Part shown: positions 18,921 to 28,635 of the stretch, piece by piece | Position numbering within the stretch: position 1 is the first letter of the stretch | Layout of the letters: each line of letters opens with the position of its first letter | From: an uncultured Verrucomicrobiae bacterium | Lineage (GTDB): Bacteria > Verrucomicrobiota > Verrucomicrobiia > Chthoniobacterales > UBA10450 | Length of the DNA: 64,000 bases | Direction: 5' to 3' | Assembly (NCBI GenBank): GCA_963788855.1 | Contig: CAWBIE010000001.1 | Coordinates: 89,437-153,436, forward strand | Notes under the pieces: model-generated | Seen by the model: only the letters and a program-made list of their open reading frames with translations | Databases searched by the model: none | Told to the model about the DNA's origin: nothing | Position numbers and translations under genes: made by a program

Positions 18921-19048
18921 CCTCACCTTGATCCTCTCCCTTTGGTCAAAGGGCGAGGAAACGAGAGAGCACGCGCCCCTTTGGAGTCCACACAGGTCGT
19001 GTTTCCCTTTCCTCTCCTCCGTCGTTCGAGGAGAGGATTAAGGTGAGG
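18921..19048. repeat. REP/MITE-like long imperfect inverted repeat upstream of typA
   Basis: cctcaccttgatcctctccct (18921-18941) versus the reverse complement of gaggagaggattaaggtgagg (19028-19048) is 19/21 identical. The interior is also partly self-complementary. Confidence 0.55.
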
Positions 19049-19245
19049 AGTCGAATTTGAGAGGGCGCCAGAGGCACCAAACAGATAACAGGCCGCCTCC
19101 TGCAAACCGCTCGCCCGCTGGTTGACGCAGGCATGCCTCGGGGGCATATTTCGCGCTCATTCAGATTGCAGGGCAGGCGGTCGCCGCGGCGGCCGTGCCG
19201 CGCCAAGGACGGCGATCCACTGCCCCGCAACTGCAAGGACCTCTC

Positions 19246-21061
19246 ATGGACAAGATCCGTAACATCGCCATCATTGCGCACGTCGACCACGGCAAGACCA
19301 CCCTGGTCGATCAACTGCTGCGCCAATCCGGGACGTTTCGCTCCAATCAGAAAGTGGAAGAGCGCATGATGGATTCGATGGATCTTCGAGCGCGAGAAAG
19401 GCATTACCATTCGCGCCAAGAATGCCTCTTTTCACTGGAACGGTTACCGCGTCAATATCGTGGATACTCCCGGCCACGCGGATTTCGGCGGCGAAGTCGA
19501 GCGCATCATGAAGATGGTGGACGGCGTTCTGCTGGTGGTCGACGCGCACGACGGCCCACAGGCCCAGACGCGCTTTGTTTTGCGGAAAGCGCTCGAGAAC
19601 AAGGTCAAGCCGATTGTCGTAATCAACAAGATCGATCGGGAAAACGCGCGCCCCCACAAGGTGCTCGATATGGTTTTCGATCTTTTCGTGGAACTAAAAG
19701 CCAACGACGAGCAACTCGATTTCCCGATCATTTACGCCAGCGCCAAGAATGGCTTCGCCATGCGCGAACTGCACGACAACAACGAAGACATGACTCCGCT
19801 TTTCGAGGCCATCGTGAAGTATGTCCCGCCGCCGACCGTTTCACCCGAACCGTATTTTCAGATGCTGGTCTCGAACCTTCATTACAGCGATTACCTCGGC
19901 CGCATCGCTCTTGGCCGCATCGTGAGCGGGCGCGTCGCGGTCGGCGATTCCATCGTTTGCATCCATCGCGATGAACGCCGGGAACGCGCCAACGTGACGG
20001 CTCTTTTCACTTATGAGGGACTGGAGCAGGTCGAGATCCAAGCACGCCACCGCCGGCGACGATCGTCGGATTGACCGGCTTTGAGGAAAGTTTACATCGG
20101 GGAAACATTGACTGATCGCGAGGAACGGGCGCCTCTGCAGTTTGTCGACATCGATCCGCCCACCATTCGCATGCGCATCCTGGTGAACGATTCGCCCTTC
20201 GCCGGCCGGGAAGGAAAATTTGTCACCGCGCGGCACGTGCGCGAGCGCCTGGTCCGCGAAACGCGCGGCAATGTTTCGCTGCAAATGAGCGACACGGAAG
20301 CAGCGGGGGCTTTTGAAATTAATGCGCGCGGTGAGATGCAGATTGCCATCCTGGTCGAGCAGATGCGGCGCGAAGGCTATGAGGTCATGGTCTCGCGCCC
20401 CGAGGTCATTTTTCATCGGGACGAAAAGGGCAACTTGCTCGAGCCGCTCGAAAATCTTTACGTCGATCTGCCGAACGACAATCTGGGCGATGTCATGCAA
20501 TCAATCGCCGGCCGTAAAGGCGAAGTCGTGAACATGCACCATCACGCAGCGCGCGTTTCAGTCGAGGCTATCATTCCGACTCGTGGCCTGATCGGATTCG
20601 AAACCGATCTGGTCAATCTGACGCGCGGCGAAGGCGTCATGAGTCATCTTTTTCGGGAATACGCGCCATTCAAGGGCGAGATCGAAGGCCGCAATCGTGG
20701 CGTCATGGTTTCGATGGAGCCGGGGACGAGCACGGCCTACGCTCTCAATAATATCCAGGCCCGCGGCCGCCTTTTTATCGGCCCGCAGGAGGACATTTAT
20801 GCGGGCATGATCGTCGGCGAAAACGCCCGCCCGGAGGATTTGCCGGTCAACCCGTGCAAGGCCAAGCATCTTACCAACATGCGCAGTCAGGGGGACGGTA
20901 AGGGCATCCAGCTGGAGGCGCCACTGCGCCTGAGCCTGGAGCGTGCGATCGAGTACATCGGGCCCGACGAGTTCGTCGAGGCCACCCCGAAATCGCTGCG
21001 TCTGCGCAAGCGCATTCTGGACGCCACCGCGCGAAAAAGGGCCGCTGTCGCCGTGAGCTAG
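19246..21061 (+). pseudogene. typA: Translational GTPase TypA/BipA; frameshifted as given (probably a sequence artefact)
   Basis: [22 protein letters not shown] (G1), then a +1 shift at 19385-19386, [14 protein letters not shown] (G3), NKIDR (G4). A cluster of shifts lies at 20041-20090 around AGD/IVGLTGFEE/VYIGETL. The rest is intact to 21061 (ORFs 19460-20074 and 20081-21061). Confidence 0.9.
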
Positions 21062-21209
21062 GCGGGTTGACAGGGAATGGCTTTTGCTATTGAATAGTTC
21101 CGTTACTTTGCCTCCTCGATAAGTGTCTTTTTCGAGGCTGTCCGGTTCCCGATCCCTCGCGAACCTGGTCTGTCCGGCAAGTTTTTATCATTAGACATTT
21201 CCCCAGCTC

Positions 21210-21966
21210 ATGGCGGGACATAGCAAATGGTCCAAGGTTAAGCGTTTTAAAGGCGCGATCGACGTCAAACGCGGCAGAATTTTCAGCAAGTTGTCCAAGG
21301 AAATCACCATCGCCGCGAAAGACCGGCGGTGGCGATCCCGAGCGGCAATCCTCGCCTGCGCAGTGCCATCCAGGCCGCCCGCGACCAGAGCATGCCGAAT
21401 GACAATGTCGAGCGCGCCATCAAACGCGGGACGGGCGAGGGAAACGAGGCGCGCACTTCGACGAGATTGTTTATGAAGGCTACGCACCGGGCGGAGTCGC
21501 GGTGATTGTCGAAGCCGCCACCGATAACAAGAACCGGACCGCCGCTGAGATGCGCAGCATCTTCACCAAGAACGATGGCAATCTCGGTTCGTCCGGGAGT
21601 GTTTCCTATATGTTTCACAAGAAGGGCCAGATCACCGTCTCACGCGATGCCGTCGAGGAAGACCGCATTTTTGAGCTCGCCCTGGAGGCTGGGGCAGAGG
21701 AGTTGACAACCGAGGAGGATGAGTATGTTATTACCACTTCCCACGATCAGCTATACGCCGTAGCTGAAGCGCTCAAACAAGCGGGCGTAACCACCGATGG
21801 GCAAAAGTTTACGTTCATTCCCGATACGACTGTTCCGGTCGCCGACGAGACCGTTGCGCGGCAGATCTTGCGCCTGTGCGATGCTCTCGAAGACGATGAC
21901 GACGTGCAAAACGTCTATTCAAATCTAGATATTCCCGACGAATTGCTGGCCAGGTTGCCGGCCTGA
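21210..21966 (+). pseudogene. yebC: YebC/PmpR family transcriptional regulator; two frameshifts as given
   Basis: [37 protein letters not shown], then out of frame ([38 protein letters not shown] is readable in another frame), then in frame again from 21502 ([21 protein letters not shown]...). Confidence 0.88.
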
Positions 21967-22030
21967 AAATTTTGACTGCCGCAGGAAATTTCGCGGCGCG
22001 CTGCTCGACAGCGACCGCACCCTTTTAGTT

Positions 22031-23442
22031 ATGGAGCAAGAAAACGAGAACCAGCCACGACCGCTGGAAACAGATAACCAATCAGCGTCCAGCCGAAACG
22101 CCAGCCGGTTCCGCCGACCAGCAACGCCGCCGGCCCCGCCGCCGTTATCCACGCCGGCGTTTTTACGATCGCGGTCCCGGCGGGCGCAACGACAATTTTA
22201 ATTCCTCTCACCAGCAGAACTCTGGGTCGGAATCGTCGCGATTATGCGCCGGGAGACAGTTCCGGCGATGGGCCGGGCGAAGCTGGCGAGGGTCGGGAAC
22301 TGGTTGAGGCCGGCAACGGTGACCAGACCCAGGCTGAACCGGAATTCGGCGAGGGGATCATCGAGATCTCGGGCAAAGGCTTTGGCTTTTTGCGCGACCC
22401 GAAGCGCAACTTCGTCCAGACGCCGCAGGATATTTTCGTCACGCCCGAAATCGTCCGTCGCTTTGGCTTGCGTGACGGCATGTGGATTAACGGCGAGACC
22501 CGCCGCGGCAATCGTGGCCCGCAGTTGACCAAACTGCTGACGATCAACGGCGAAGAACCGACCAAATATCAGGGCCTTCGACCGTTCGAAGAGCTGACCA
22601 CCATCAATCCGAACAAGCGCATCAAACTTGAGACGGTGCCGGATCGCTACACCACGCGCATCATGGATTTGATGACGCCGCTCGGCATGGGCCAGCGCGG
22701 TCTGATCGTCGCGCCGCCGCGCACGGGCAAGACCACGCTGCTCCATCACATCGCCGAGGCGGTCGTCAAAAATCATCCGGAGATGAAGCTCATCATTCTT
22801 CTGGTGGATGAGCGGCCGGAGGAAGTGACCGATTTCAAACGGTCGCATCCCAACGCCGAGATCATCGCCAGCTCAAACGATAGCGATATCAAGAGTCATA
22901 CGCGCATTGCCCAGCTCGCGATCGAGCGCGCGAAACGCCTGGTCGAGGCCGGGCAAGCATGTCTTTATTCTGCTCGATTCGATTACGCGCACGGCGCGCG
23001 CTTTTAACAACGCCATGGGCGGTGGCGGACGCACCATGAGCGGCGGGATCGACGCTCGCGCCATGGAAATTCCGCGGAAGATTTTCGCGGCCGCGCGTAA
23101 CACCGAGGAAGCCGGATCGCTCACCATCGTGGCGACCGCGTTGATCGAAACCGGCAGCCGCATGGACGAGCTCATTTTCCAGGAGTTCAAGGGCACCGGA
23201 AACATGGAAATGGTGCTGGATCGGAAAATCAGCGATCAGCGCATTTACCCGGCGATCGATATTTTCCTGTCCGGCACGCGGCGCGAAGAGTTGCTGCTGC
23301 AAGCCGTGGGAACTGGAGAAGATCAATCTGATTCGCCGCGGCCTGGCCGGTCACAAACCGGAAGAAGCGATCCAGCGTCTTGCTCATGTTCGTGAAGAAA
23401 TTCCCGACCAACATGCAGATGCTGAAGGAAATCCCGGGTTAA
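22031..23442 (+). pseudogene. rho: Transcription termination factor Rho with an R/N/G-rich N-terminal extension; about 5 frameshifts as given
   Basis: Core ORF 22390-23007 has the RNA-binding region and Walker A (APPRTGKTTLL) plus [12 protein letters not shown]. It continues in ORF 22907-23395 ([38 protein letters not shown]). The tail [20 protein letters not shown] is in a third frame (stop 23440-23442). The N-terminus MEQENENQ.../RRRPRRRYPRRRFYDRGPGGRNDNFNSS.../DYAPGDSSGDG... spans three frames. Confidence 0.88.
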
Positions 23443-23501
23443 TCGCTGCGCCGGTCTCCGATCATCTGAAACCTTCCCCCGTCCGCGAAGTTGACTGGGA
23501 G

Positions 23502-23972
23502 GTGCTTCCTCCCGAGGAGCAGACCAAGCGCGCGTCGCTTGAGCCCTCCTTTAAATGGCTGGCGCTGATCATGGACGATCTGCTGCGCTTGCCCGGAACC
23601 AAACTCCGTTTTGGTCTGGATCCAATCATTGGACTGATACCTGGATTAGGCGACCTGGCCTCGGCCATTGTTTCCGGGCTTTCTCTGGTCTATGCGGCCC
23701 AGTTCGGCGTGCCGAAAGTTCTGCTTGCGCGCATGTCTTGCAATATTCTGGTCAACGAGCTGGTCGGAATTATTCCCGGCGTGGGCGATGCGTTTTCCTT
23801 CTGGTTTAAATCGAACGCTCGCAACTACGAGCTTCTCCGCCAGCACTTCGACGCCCCGGTTAAAACTCGAAGGCGCGACTGGCTTTTCGTGGCTTTTGTT
23901 CTCGTTCTCCTGGCGGTCGGTCTTTGCGCCGGACTAGTGGTCAGCTACTTCGTTCTCCGCGCCTTAATTTGA
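23502..23972 (+). CDS. DUF4112 family membrane protein
   Basis: DDLLRLPGTKLRFGLDPIIGLIPGLGDLASAIVSGLSLVYAAQFGVP...GIIPGVGDAFSFWFKSNARNYELL matches my memory of the DUF4112 pattern. The start is uncertain (GTG 23502 or the ATG near 23571). Confidence 0.6.
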   Translation: MLPPEEQTKRASLEPSFKWLALIMDDLLRLPGTKLRFGLDPIIGLIPGLGDLASAIVSGLSLVYAAQFGVPKVLLARMSCNILVNELVGIIPGVGDAFSFWFKSNARNYELLRQHFDAPVKTRRRDWLFVAFVLVLLAVGLCAGLVVSYFVLRALI

Positions 23973-26729
23973 TTTAATCGGTCGGCCCATCTTGATGCGG
24001 CACTCGTAAATGGCGTGAATCGAGGAGCGCGCGGCGTGATATTTTTCGGTAAAGCTTTCGATCCTGTCAAAACCAAGCCGGCGCGCGAAAGCCGATTGCT
24101 TGTTTGAGTCCGACGGCAGCGTGGAAATGCTTTTGTCCTCCTGGCGCCGGAGCGTCGATTCGCAGCGGCGCAGGAAATCATAGGCCTCTTTCAAATTCAG
24201 CGCTTCGGTCTCCGACAACTCAGTTTGCTGGCGCAGGGAGACGACGGCCTGGCCCCAGTTGGGCTGAAAGACGCCTCTCCCCATCTGCAATCCCTGAATG
24301 AGAAACTCCGCTTCGATGATGCCACCGGTCCCGGTCTTGAAGTCGAGGAACTCGGAGCCAGTGCCGCGTTCGCGGCGGATTCGTTCCAGCATTTCGTCAA
24401 TCCTCGCGTAGAGATCGACGTCTTGTCCGCCTGAATGCCATGCTCGCTCGGCCACGGCCATGAATTCTTTTTGCAATGGTCCTGACACCGGACGCGCCCG
24501 CGTCAGGGCCTGCAGTTCCCATGGTTGCGCGCGATTTCGGTAGTAACTCTCGAAGGTTTCCAGCGCGCCCACCAGTGGCCCCTTCTCGCCGTCAGGACGC
24601 AGACGGGCGTCAATTCGCGAGAGGTTTCCTTCCGCGCTGGGCTGGGCCAGCGCCGCCAGAAGTTTCTGGGCGGATTCGCTGGACTGGCCCACAAAGAGAA
24701 CATCGATGTCGGCCCCATAGGTAATTTCGCGCCCTCCAAATTTTCCCATCGCGATGATGGTCAATTCTTCGCCGCCGAGAATCTCGTGGACCGCTACCAA
24801 ACACGCTTCCGCCAGCGAGGATTGTTCCTCAAACAAAGTTGCGAGATCCGATAATCCGAGGACGTCGCGCAGAATAATGCGCAGCAGTTGTGTCTGACGA
24901 TAAGCGCGCACCGCGTCCAGAGAGGTTTCTTTTTTTCCGAGCGCTCTCAATTTTTGAAGATGAGTGGCCGTTTCGACTGCGTGATCCAGCTGTTCGTCCC
25001 GGGTAATGTCTTCCAGGAGCTGGGGTCGCCGCACCAGCAGGTCGGCGGCAAACCGGCTGGCATCGAATGTCTTGATCAGGAGCTCCAACAATTTCGGATT
25101 GGTCACGAGCAATTCGAGGAGCAAACTGCGCAGACCGTAGGCTTCCACGAATCGGACAAAGTGAGTCAGTGTCGCATCGGGATCAGCCGTTTTGCCCAGC
25201 TCCTCGAGCAAGAGCGGCCGGAGCTTGCGAAATACCTGCCTGGTGCGCGGCGAAACATGTGCGCTGGCCGGTCCCTGCAGGATTCTGGCCACGGTTCGCT
25301 CGGCCTGTGCTTCGTTGGCGAAAATTTTGTAGCCGTCCGGTTCCGTCTGTTTGCTCCGCGGTGCGTCGGCGATGACCCGCTGAAACGCGGCTCGCACGGT
25401 GACCATTTCATGTTCGAGGGTCGTGGTGAATTCTTCACCGGAAGTAAATCCAAGACTCCGCGCCAGAAGTCGCACCTGTTCCACCGAATGTGGTACGGTG
25501 TGCGTTTGCTGCTCGGACTCGATTTGCAAACGATGCTCGACCTGGCGAAGAAAGCGGTACGCTCGATCGAGATCGATAATTTCGTTCCGCGGAATGAGTT
25601 CCAGTTCGGCCAGGTCGCGCAGCGCCTTCAGGGTGCTGGGCTGCTGCAGGAAGGCATGCCGGGCTCCATGAATGAACTGAAGCGTTTGCACAACGAATTC
25701 GATCTCCCGTATGCCGCCGCGCCCAAGCTTGACGTTGCGCTCGAGATCCTTCTGGCGAAGAACGTCGCGCTCGATGCGCCGCTTGATATTGGCAATCTCC
25801 TCGAGCAGATCGGGGGTCGGACTCTTCGGATAGATAAACGGCTGATGCTGTCGCGAAAATTCATAGACCAGCTCTGGACTACCGGCTATCCCGCGCGCCT
25901 TGATCAGAGCCAGACGCTCCCAGGTCTCGCCGAAACCGCCATAATAATGCTCCATACTTTCAAGCGATCGGGCGAGCGGTCCGGCTGATCCCTCGGGGCG
26001 AAGCCGGAGATCCACTCGCAAGAACAAGCCTTCCGAATGCGGAGTCGAGAAAGTCTCCAGGATTTTCTCCCCCAGGCGATTGAAAAACTCGTGGTAGGAA
26101 AGCCGCGGCGAAAGCTCGCCCTCCTCATCGTAGAGGAAGATGAGATCAACGTCCGAGCTGTAGTTCAATTCGTGACCGCCGAGTTTGCCGAGGGCGAGGA
26201 TGGCAAATTCAGCATTGGGAGAGCCGAAGCGGCTCCGGAATTCGACATTCCAGTGCTCATAAACGCGGCGGATGCAGATCTCGGCAATCTGCGAGAGTTC
26301 ACTGGTGGTTTCTTCCAGCGGCGCAACATTGGCCACTTCGCGGAGTGCGATGCGCGTCATCTCCCGGGTTTTCCAAAGTCGCAGCGCCCGAAAATTATCG
26401 GCCGCAATGGCCTCGCCTCCCATGGTCCGCAGCGCGTTGGACATGTCCGCGCGATTACGACGCGACAAACAGATCTCCGGACGATTGAGCCAGAGCAAAA
26501 GCTTGGGATCCCGTTGCAACCTCGTCGCGCTGACGGAGGAAGCGGAAAGCAGGTGAAGCAGAGCCGCTTCGCCCAGCGGAAACTTTTCGATCACGTCGCG
26601 CAGAGCACCGGCCTCCTGCGGCCAGATTTGGTTGAGCTGGAAAAGAGCGGTCTCTACCTGCGACGGCTGAAACGACGCAGCCGCCTTTTCTTTAATCCAA
26701 TGCTCAGCACGATTCATCGCGCCGAACAT
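23964..26729 (-). CDS. glnE: Bifunctional glutamine synthetase adenylyltransferase/adenylyl-removing enzyme GlnE
   Basis: Intact 921-aa ORF with two nucleotidyltransferase halves (ILALGKLGGHELNYSSDVDLIFLYD and IIAMGKFGGREITYGADIDVLFV), each followed by a GlnE-type helical domain (RVDLRLRPEGSAGPL / RIDARLRPDGEKGPL). Confidence 0.9.
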   Translation of the reverse strand: MFGAMNRAEHWIKEKAAASFQPSQVETALFQLNQIWPQEAGALRDVIEKFPLGEAALLHLLSASSVSATRLQRDPKLLLWLNRPEICLSRRNRADMSNALRTMGGEAIAADNFRALRLWKTREMTRIALREVANVAPLEETTSELSQIAEICIRRVYEHWNVEFRSRFGSPNAEFAILALGKLGGHELNYSSDVDLIFLYDEEGELSPRLSYHEFFNRLGEKILETFSTPHSEGLFLRVDLRLRPEGSAGPLARSLESMEHYYGGFGETWERLALIKARGIAGSPELVYEFSRQHQPFIYPKSPTPDLLEEIANIKRRIERDVLRQKDLERNVKLGRGGIREIEFVVQTLQFIHGARHAFLQQPSTLKALRDLAELELIPRNEIIDLDRAYRFLRQVEHRLQIESEQQTHTVPHSVEQVRLLARSLGFTSGEEFTTTLEHEMVTVRAAFQRVIADAPRSKQTEPDGYKIFANEAQAERTVARILQGPASAHVSPRTRQVFRKLRPLLLEELGKTADPDATLTHFVRFVEAYGLRSLLLELLVTNPKLLELLIKTFDASRFAADLLVRRPQLLEDITRDEQLDHAVETATHLQKLRALGKKETSLDAVRAYRQTQLLRIILRDVLGLSDLATLFEEQSSLAEACLVAVHEILGGEELTIIAMGKFGGREITYGADIDVLFVGQSSESAQKLLAALAQPSAEGNLSRIDARLRPDGEKGPLVGALETFESYYRNRAQPWELQALTRARPVSGPLQKEFMAVAERAWHSGGQDVDLYARIDEMLERIRRERGTGSEFLDFKTGTGGIIEAEFLIQGLQMGRGVFQPNWGQAVVSLRQQTELSETEALNLKEAYDFLRRCESTLRRQEDKSISTLPSDSNKQSAFARRLGFDRIESFTEKYHAARSSIHAIYECRIKMGRPIKSN

Positions 26730-26773
26730 GCCGCGAATTTAAGGCAAAGACCAATGGTTGATCCGGTCGCGGG

Positions 26774-27607
26774 CTATTCCAGCCGCGCTTTCAACATTTT
26801 CTCGCGCGCTTTGGAAAGATTGCGGCGCTCTCTTCGCGTCAGACTGACCAACCCGGCGCGCGCGATTTTTTCCAGGAGCGGATCGACCTCCTCGGTCATG
26901 AGCTGGCCGATGGTCATTTGCTCATAGCGTTCCGTGACGGTGCGGCGCCGGCGCAAGAAGCGTTGCAGGAACGATGGCCGTCCGAAGCCGAGCAGGTGCG
27001 CATAAAGCCAGCCCGCCGCGCATCCTCCCAGACAAGCGCTGTGCACCACGGTGCCGGTTCGATCGATGCAGACCAGGATGATGGCCAGGATCACTGCGCC
27101 GGAGGCGAGATGTTTTGCTTTTAATCGCAGGGGAATAAAAAACATCATGCCGGTGAGCTCGAGTTCCGGCAGGATCGTGGCGTAGGCGACGACCACTGCA
27201 GCTGTGCCGCCGGACGCCGCCAGTAACACCGTGTCTGCCGGCATCAGAAAAAGGTGTCCAAGTTCGCCGCCAATCGCGCCGGCCAAATAAAGATAAACGA
27301 AATGTCGTTGACCCAGAATCGACTCAAGGTCGCGGCCCAGCAGATACAAAATCAACATGTTCCCGAGCAAATGCCACGGGCCATCATGCAACATCGTGGC
27401 CGTGACAAATTGCCAGGAATAGGCCTCGTGCACGCCGCGGCCGCTCAGGCCCAGATTGTCTTGCACAAATCCCGGCTGATAAGCGTCCAGGAACAATTGC
27501 GCGACGAAGACAGCGAGGTTGGCGCCGATCAGCGCCAGGAGAGCGACCCGCCGCCGCTCCGTCCAAGATTGCGTGTAGGACGAATGCTTTCGACCAGACA
27601 AACGCAT
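26774..27607 (-). CDS. Rhomboid family intramembrane serine protease
   Basis: Polytopic ORF with WQFVTATMLHDGPWHLLGNMLILYLLG, the catalytic-serine context AASGGTAAVV and a downstream AHLLGFG histidine region. It also has a soluble C-terminal tail. Confidence 0.75.
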   Translation of the reverse strand: MRLSGRKHSSYTQSWTERRRVALLALIGANLAVFVAQLFLDAYQPGFVQDNLGLSGRGVHEAYSWQFVTATMLHDGPWHLLGNMLILYLLGRDLESILGQRHFVYLYLAGAIGGELGHLFLMPADTVLLAASGGTAAVVVAYATILPELELTGMMFFIPLRLKAKHLASGAVILAIILVCIDRTGTVVHSACLGGCAAGWLYAHLLGFGRPSFLQRFLRRRRTVTERYEQMTIGQLMTEEVDPLLEKIARAGLVSLTRRERRNLSKAREKMLKARLE

Positions 27608-27695
27608 CTCCCAAGACTATCGCAACAGCCTCGAATTGTCGATTGTGAAATGCGTCTTTCCGGGCGAAAAACGACCGCAAATCGCTGTGGGTGAG

Positions 27696-28571
27696 TTAGT
27701 TAGATGCAGTGGCAGGCGTGAGCACGCGCAGCGTTCGCTCATGCATCTGAAACTCTACCGGACAACTCCCGATCAGTTCCCCGTCCAACTCCACCGGCAC
27801 ATCCTGTTGGCTCGTGACCCGCAATCTCTGAGTTTGAAAGTATTCCACTTCCGGCAGGCGAATCTCCGAACTGAAAAAGACATCTTGCAGATACTTTATG
27901 ATCTCGAGATAACCGAGCTGCTTGAAAATCACCACGTCCAGCAGCCCGTCGTCGATCACCGCCTGTTTGAAAAATGGAAAGGGTCCGCCATAGCGCCGGC
28001 CGTTCCCGATCAGGACGAATGATCCTTCTTCCACCGAAGTGTCTTTCGACTCGATCGATAAACGGGGGGGACGGCGAGCCGCCACCTGGGCGGCGGAAAT
28101 AAGATAACTGAGCGGGCCGAAGTTACGCTTCAAACTGGCACTCGTTTCTTTGACAACCTGAGCATCAAGTCCAACGCCCGCCAATTGGACGAAATGTTTT
28201 CCATTCGCGCTGGGCAAATCGATCAGACGAGTGTGGTCGCTTTGAATAATATCCCAGCACGATTCCAGATTGTTGGCCGGGAGGCCGAGCTCCATCGCAA
28301 AAACATTGACCGTGCCGATCGGCAGGAGGCCCAGAGCCGCGTTGCTTCCGGCGAGGCCGTTCACGACCTCATTGATCGTGCCGTCGCCGCCGGCAGCCAC
28401 AATTTTTTCGAAGCCTTCCTGGACCGCGTGCCGCGCCATGGCCTCTGCCTCCCCCCGTTCCGTCGTCGTGCAGACCGTGCATCCGTGAGCCAGCGATTCA
28501 ACGCGGGCTCGCGCGCGATTCCCTCGTTCGCCGCGGGCGGCCGGATTTAGAATGATGACCGTATTATTCAA
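27696..28571 (-). CDS. Diacylglycerol/lipid kinase family protein (YegS/BmrU-like)
   Basis: Intact 291-aa ORF with ILNPAARGERG, the GGDGTINEVVNGL nucleotide-binding motif and LGLLPIGTVNVFA. Confidence 0.85.
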   Translation of the reverse strand: MNNTVIILNPAARGERGNRARARVESLAHGCTVCTTTERGEAEAMARHAVQEGFEKIVAAGGDGTINEVVNGLAGSNAALGLLPIGTVNVFAMELGLPANNLESCWDIIQSDHTRLIDLPSANGKHFVQLAGVGLDAQVVKETSASLKRNFGPLSYLISAAQVAARRPPRLSIESKDTSVEEGSFVLIGNGRRYGGPFPFFKQAVIDDGLLDVVIFKQLGYLEIIKYLQDVFFSSEIRLPEVEYFQTQRLRVTSQQDVPVELDGELIGSCPVEFQMHERTLRVLTPATASN

Positions 28572-28635
28572 AAGAGTGGCTATCAGAAATGGGCTTTGAT
28601 CTTTTCTTCAAACTTGGCCTGCGTAACGTCTGGAC

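Noticed and set aside
21068-21134. TTGACA-containing promoter-like string and a small hairpin (cctcga...tcgagg) between typA and yebC
   Set aside because: The -10 candidate is poor. The hairpin has a 12-nt loop and no T tract. The support is too weak to annotate.
19380-23400. Programmed ribosomal frameshifting or recoding as an explanation for the frameshifts in typA, yebC and rho
   Set aside because: There are too many shifts per gene, in both directions. No slippery heptamer or downstream structure occurs consistently at the sites. The same phenomenon affects unrelated genes in blocks. Sequence error is far more likely.
24888-26927. 366-aa and 296-aa ORFs antisense to glnE
   Set aside because: glnE is intact and collinear with known GlnE over 921 aa. 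The antisense ORFs are low-complexity shadow frames.
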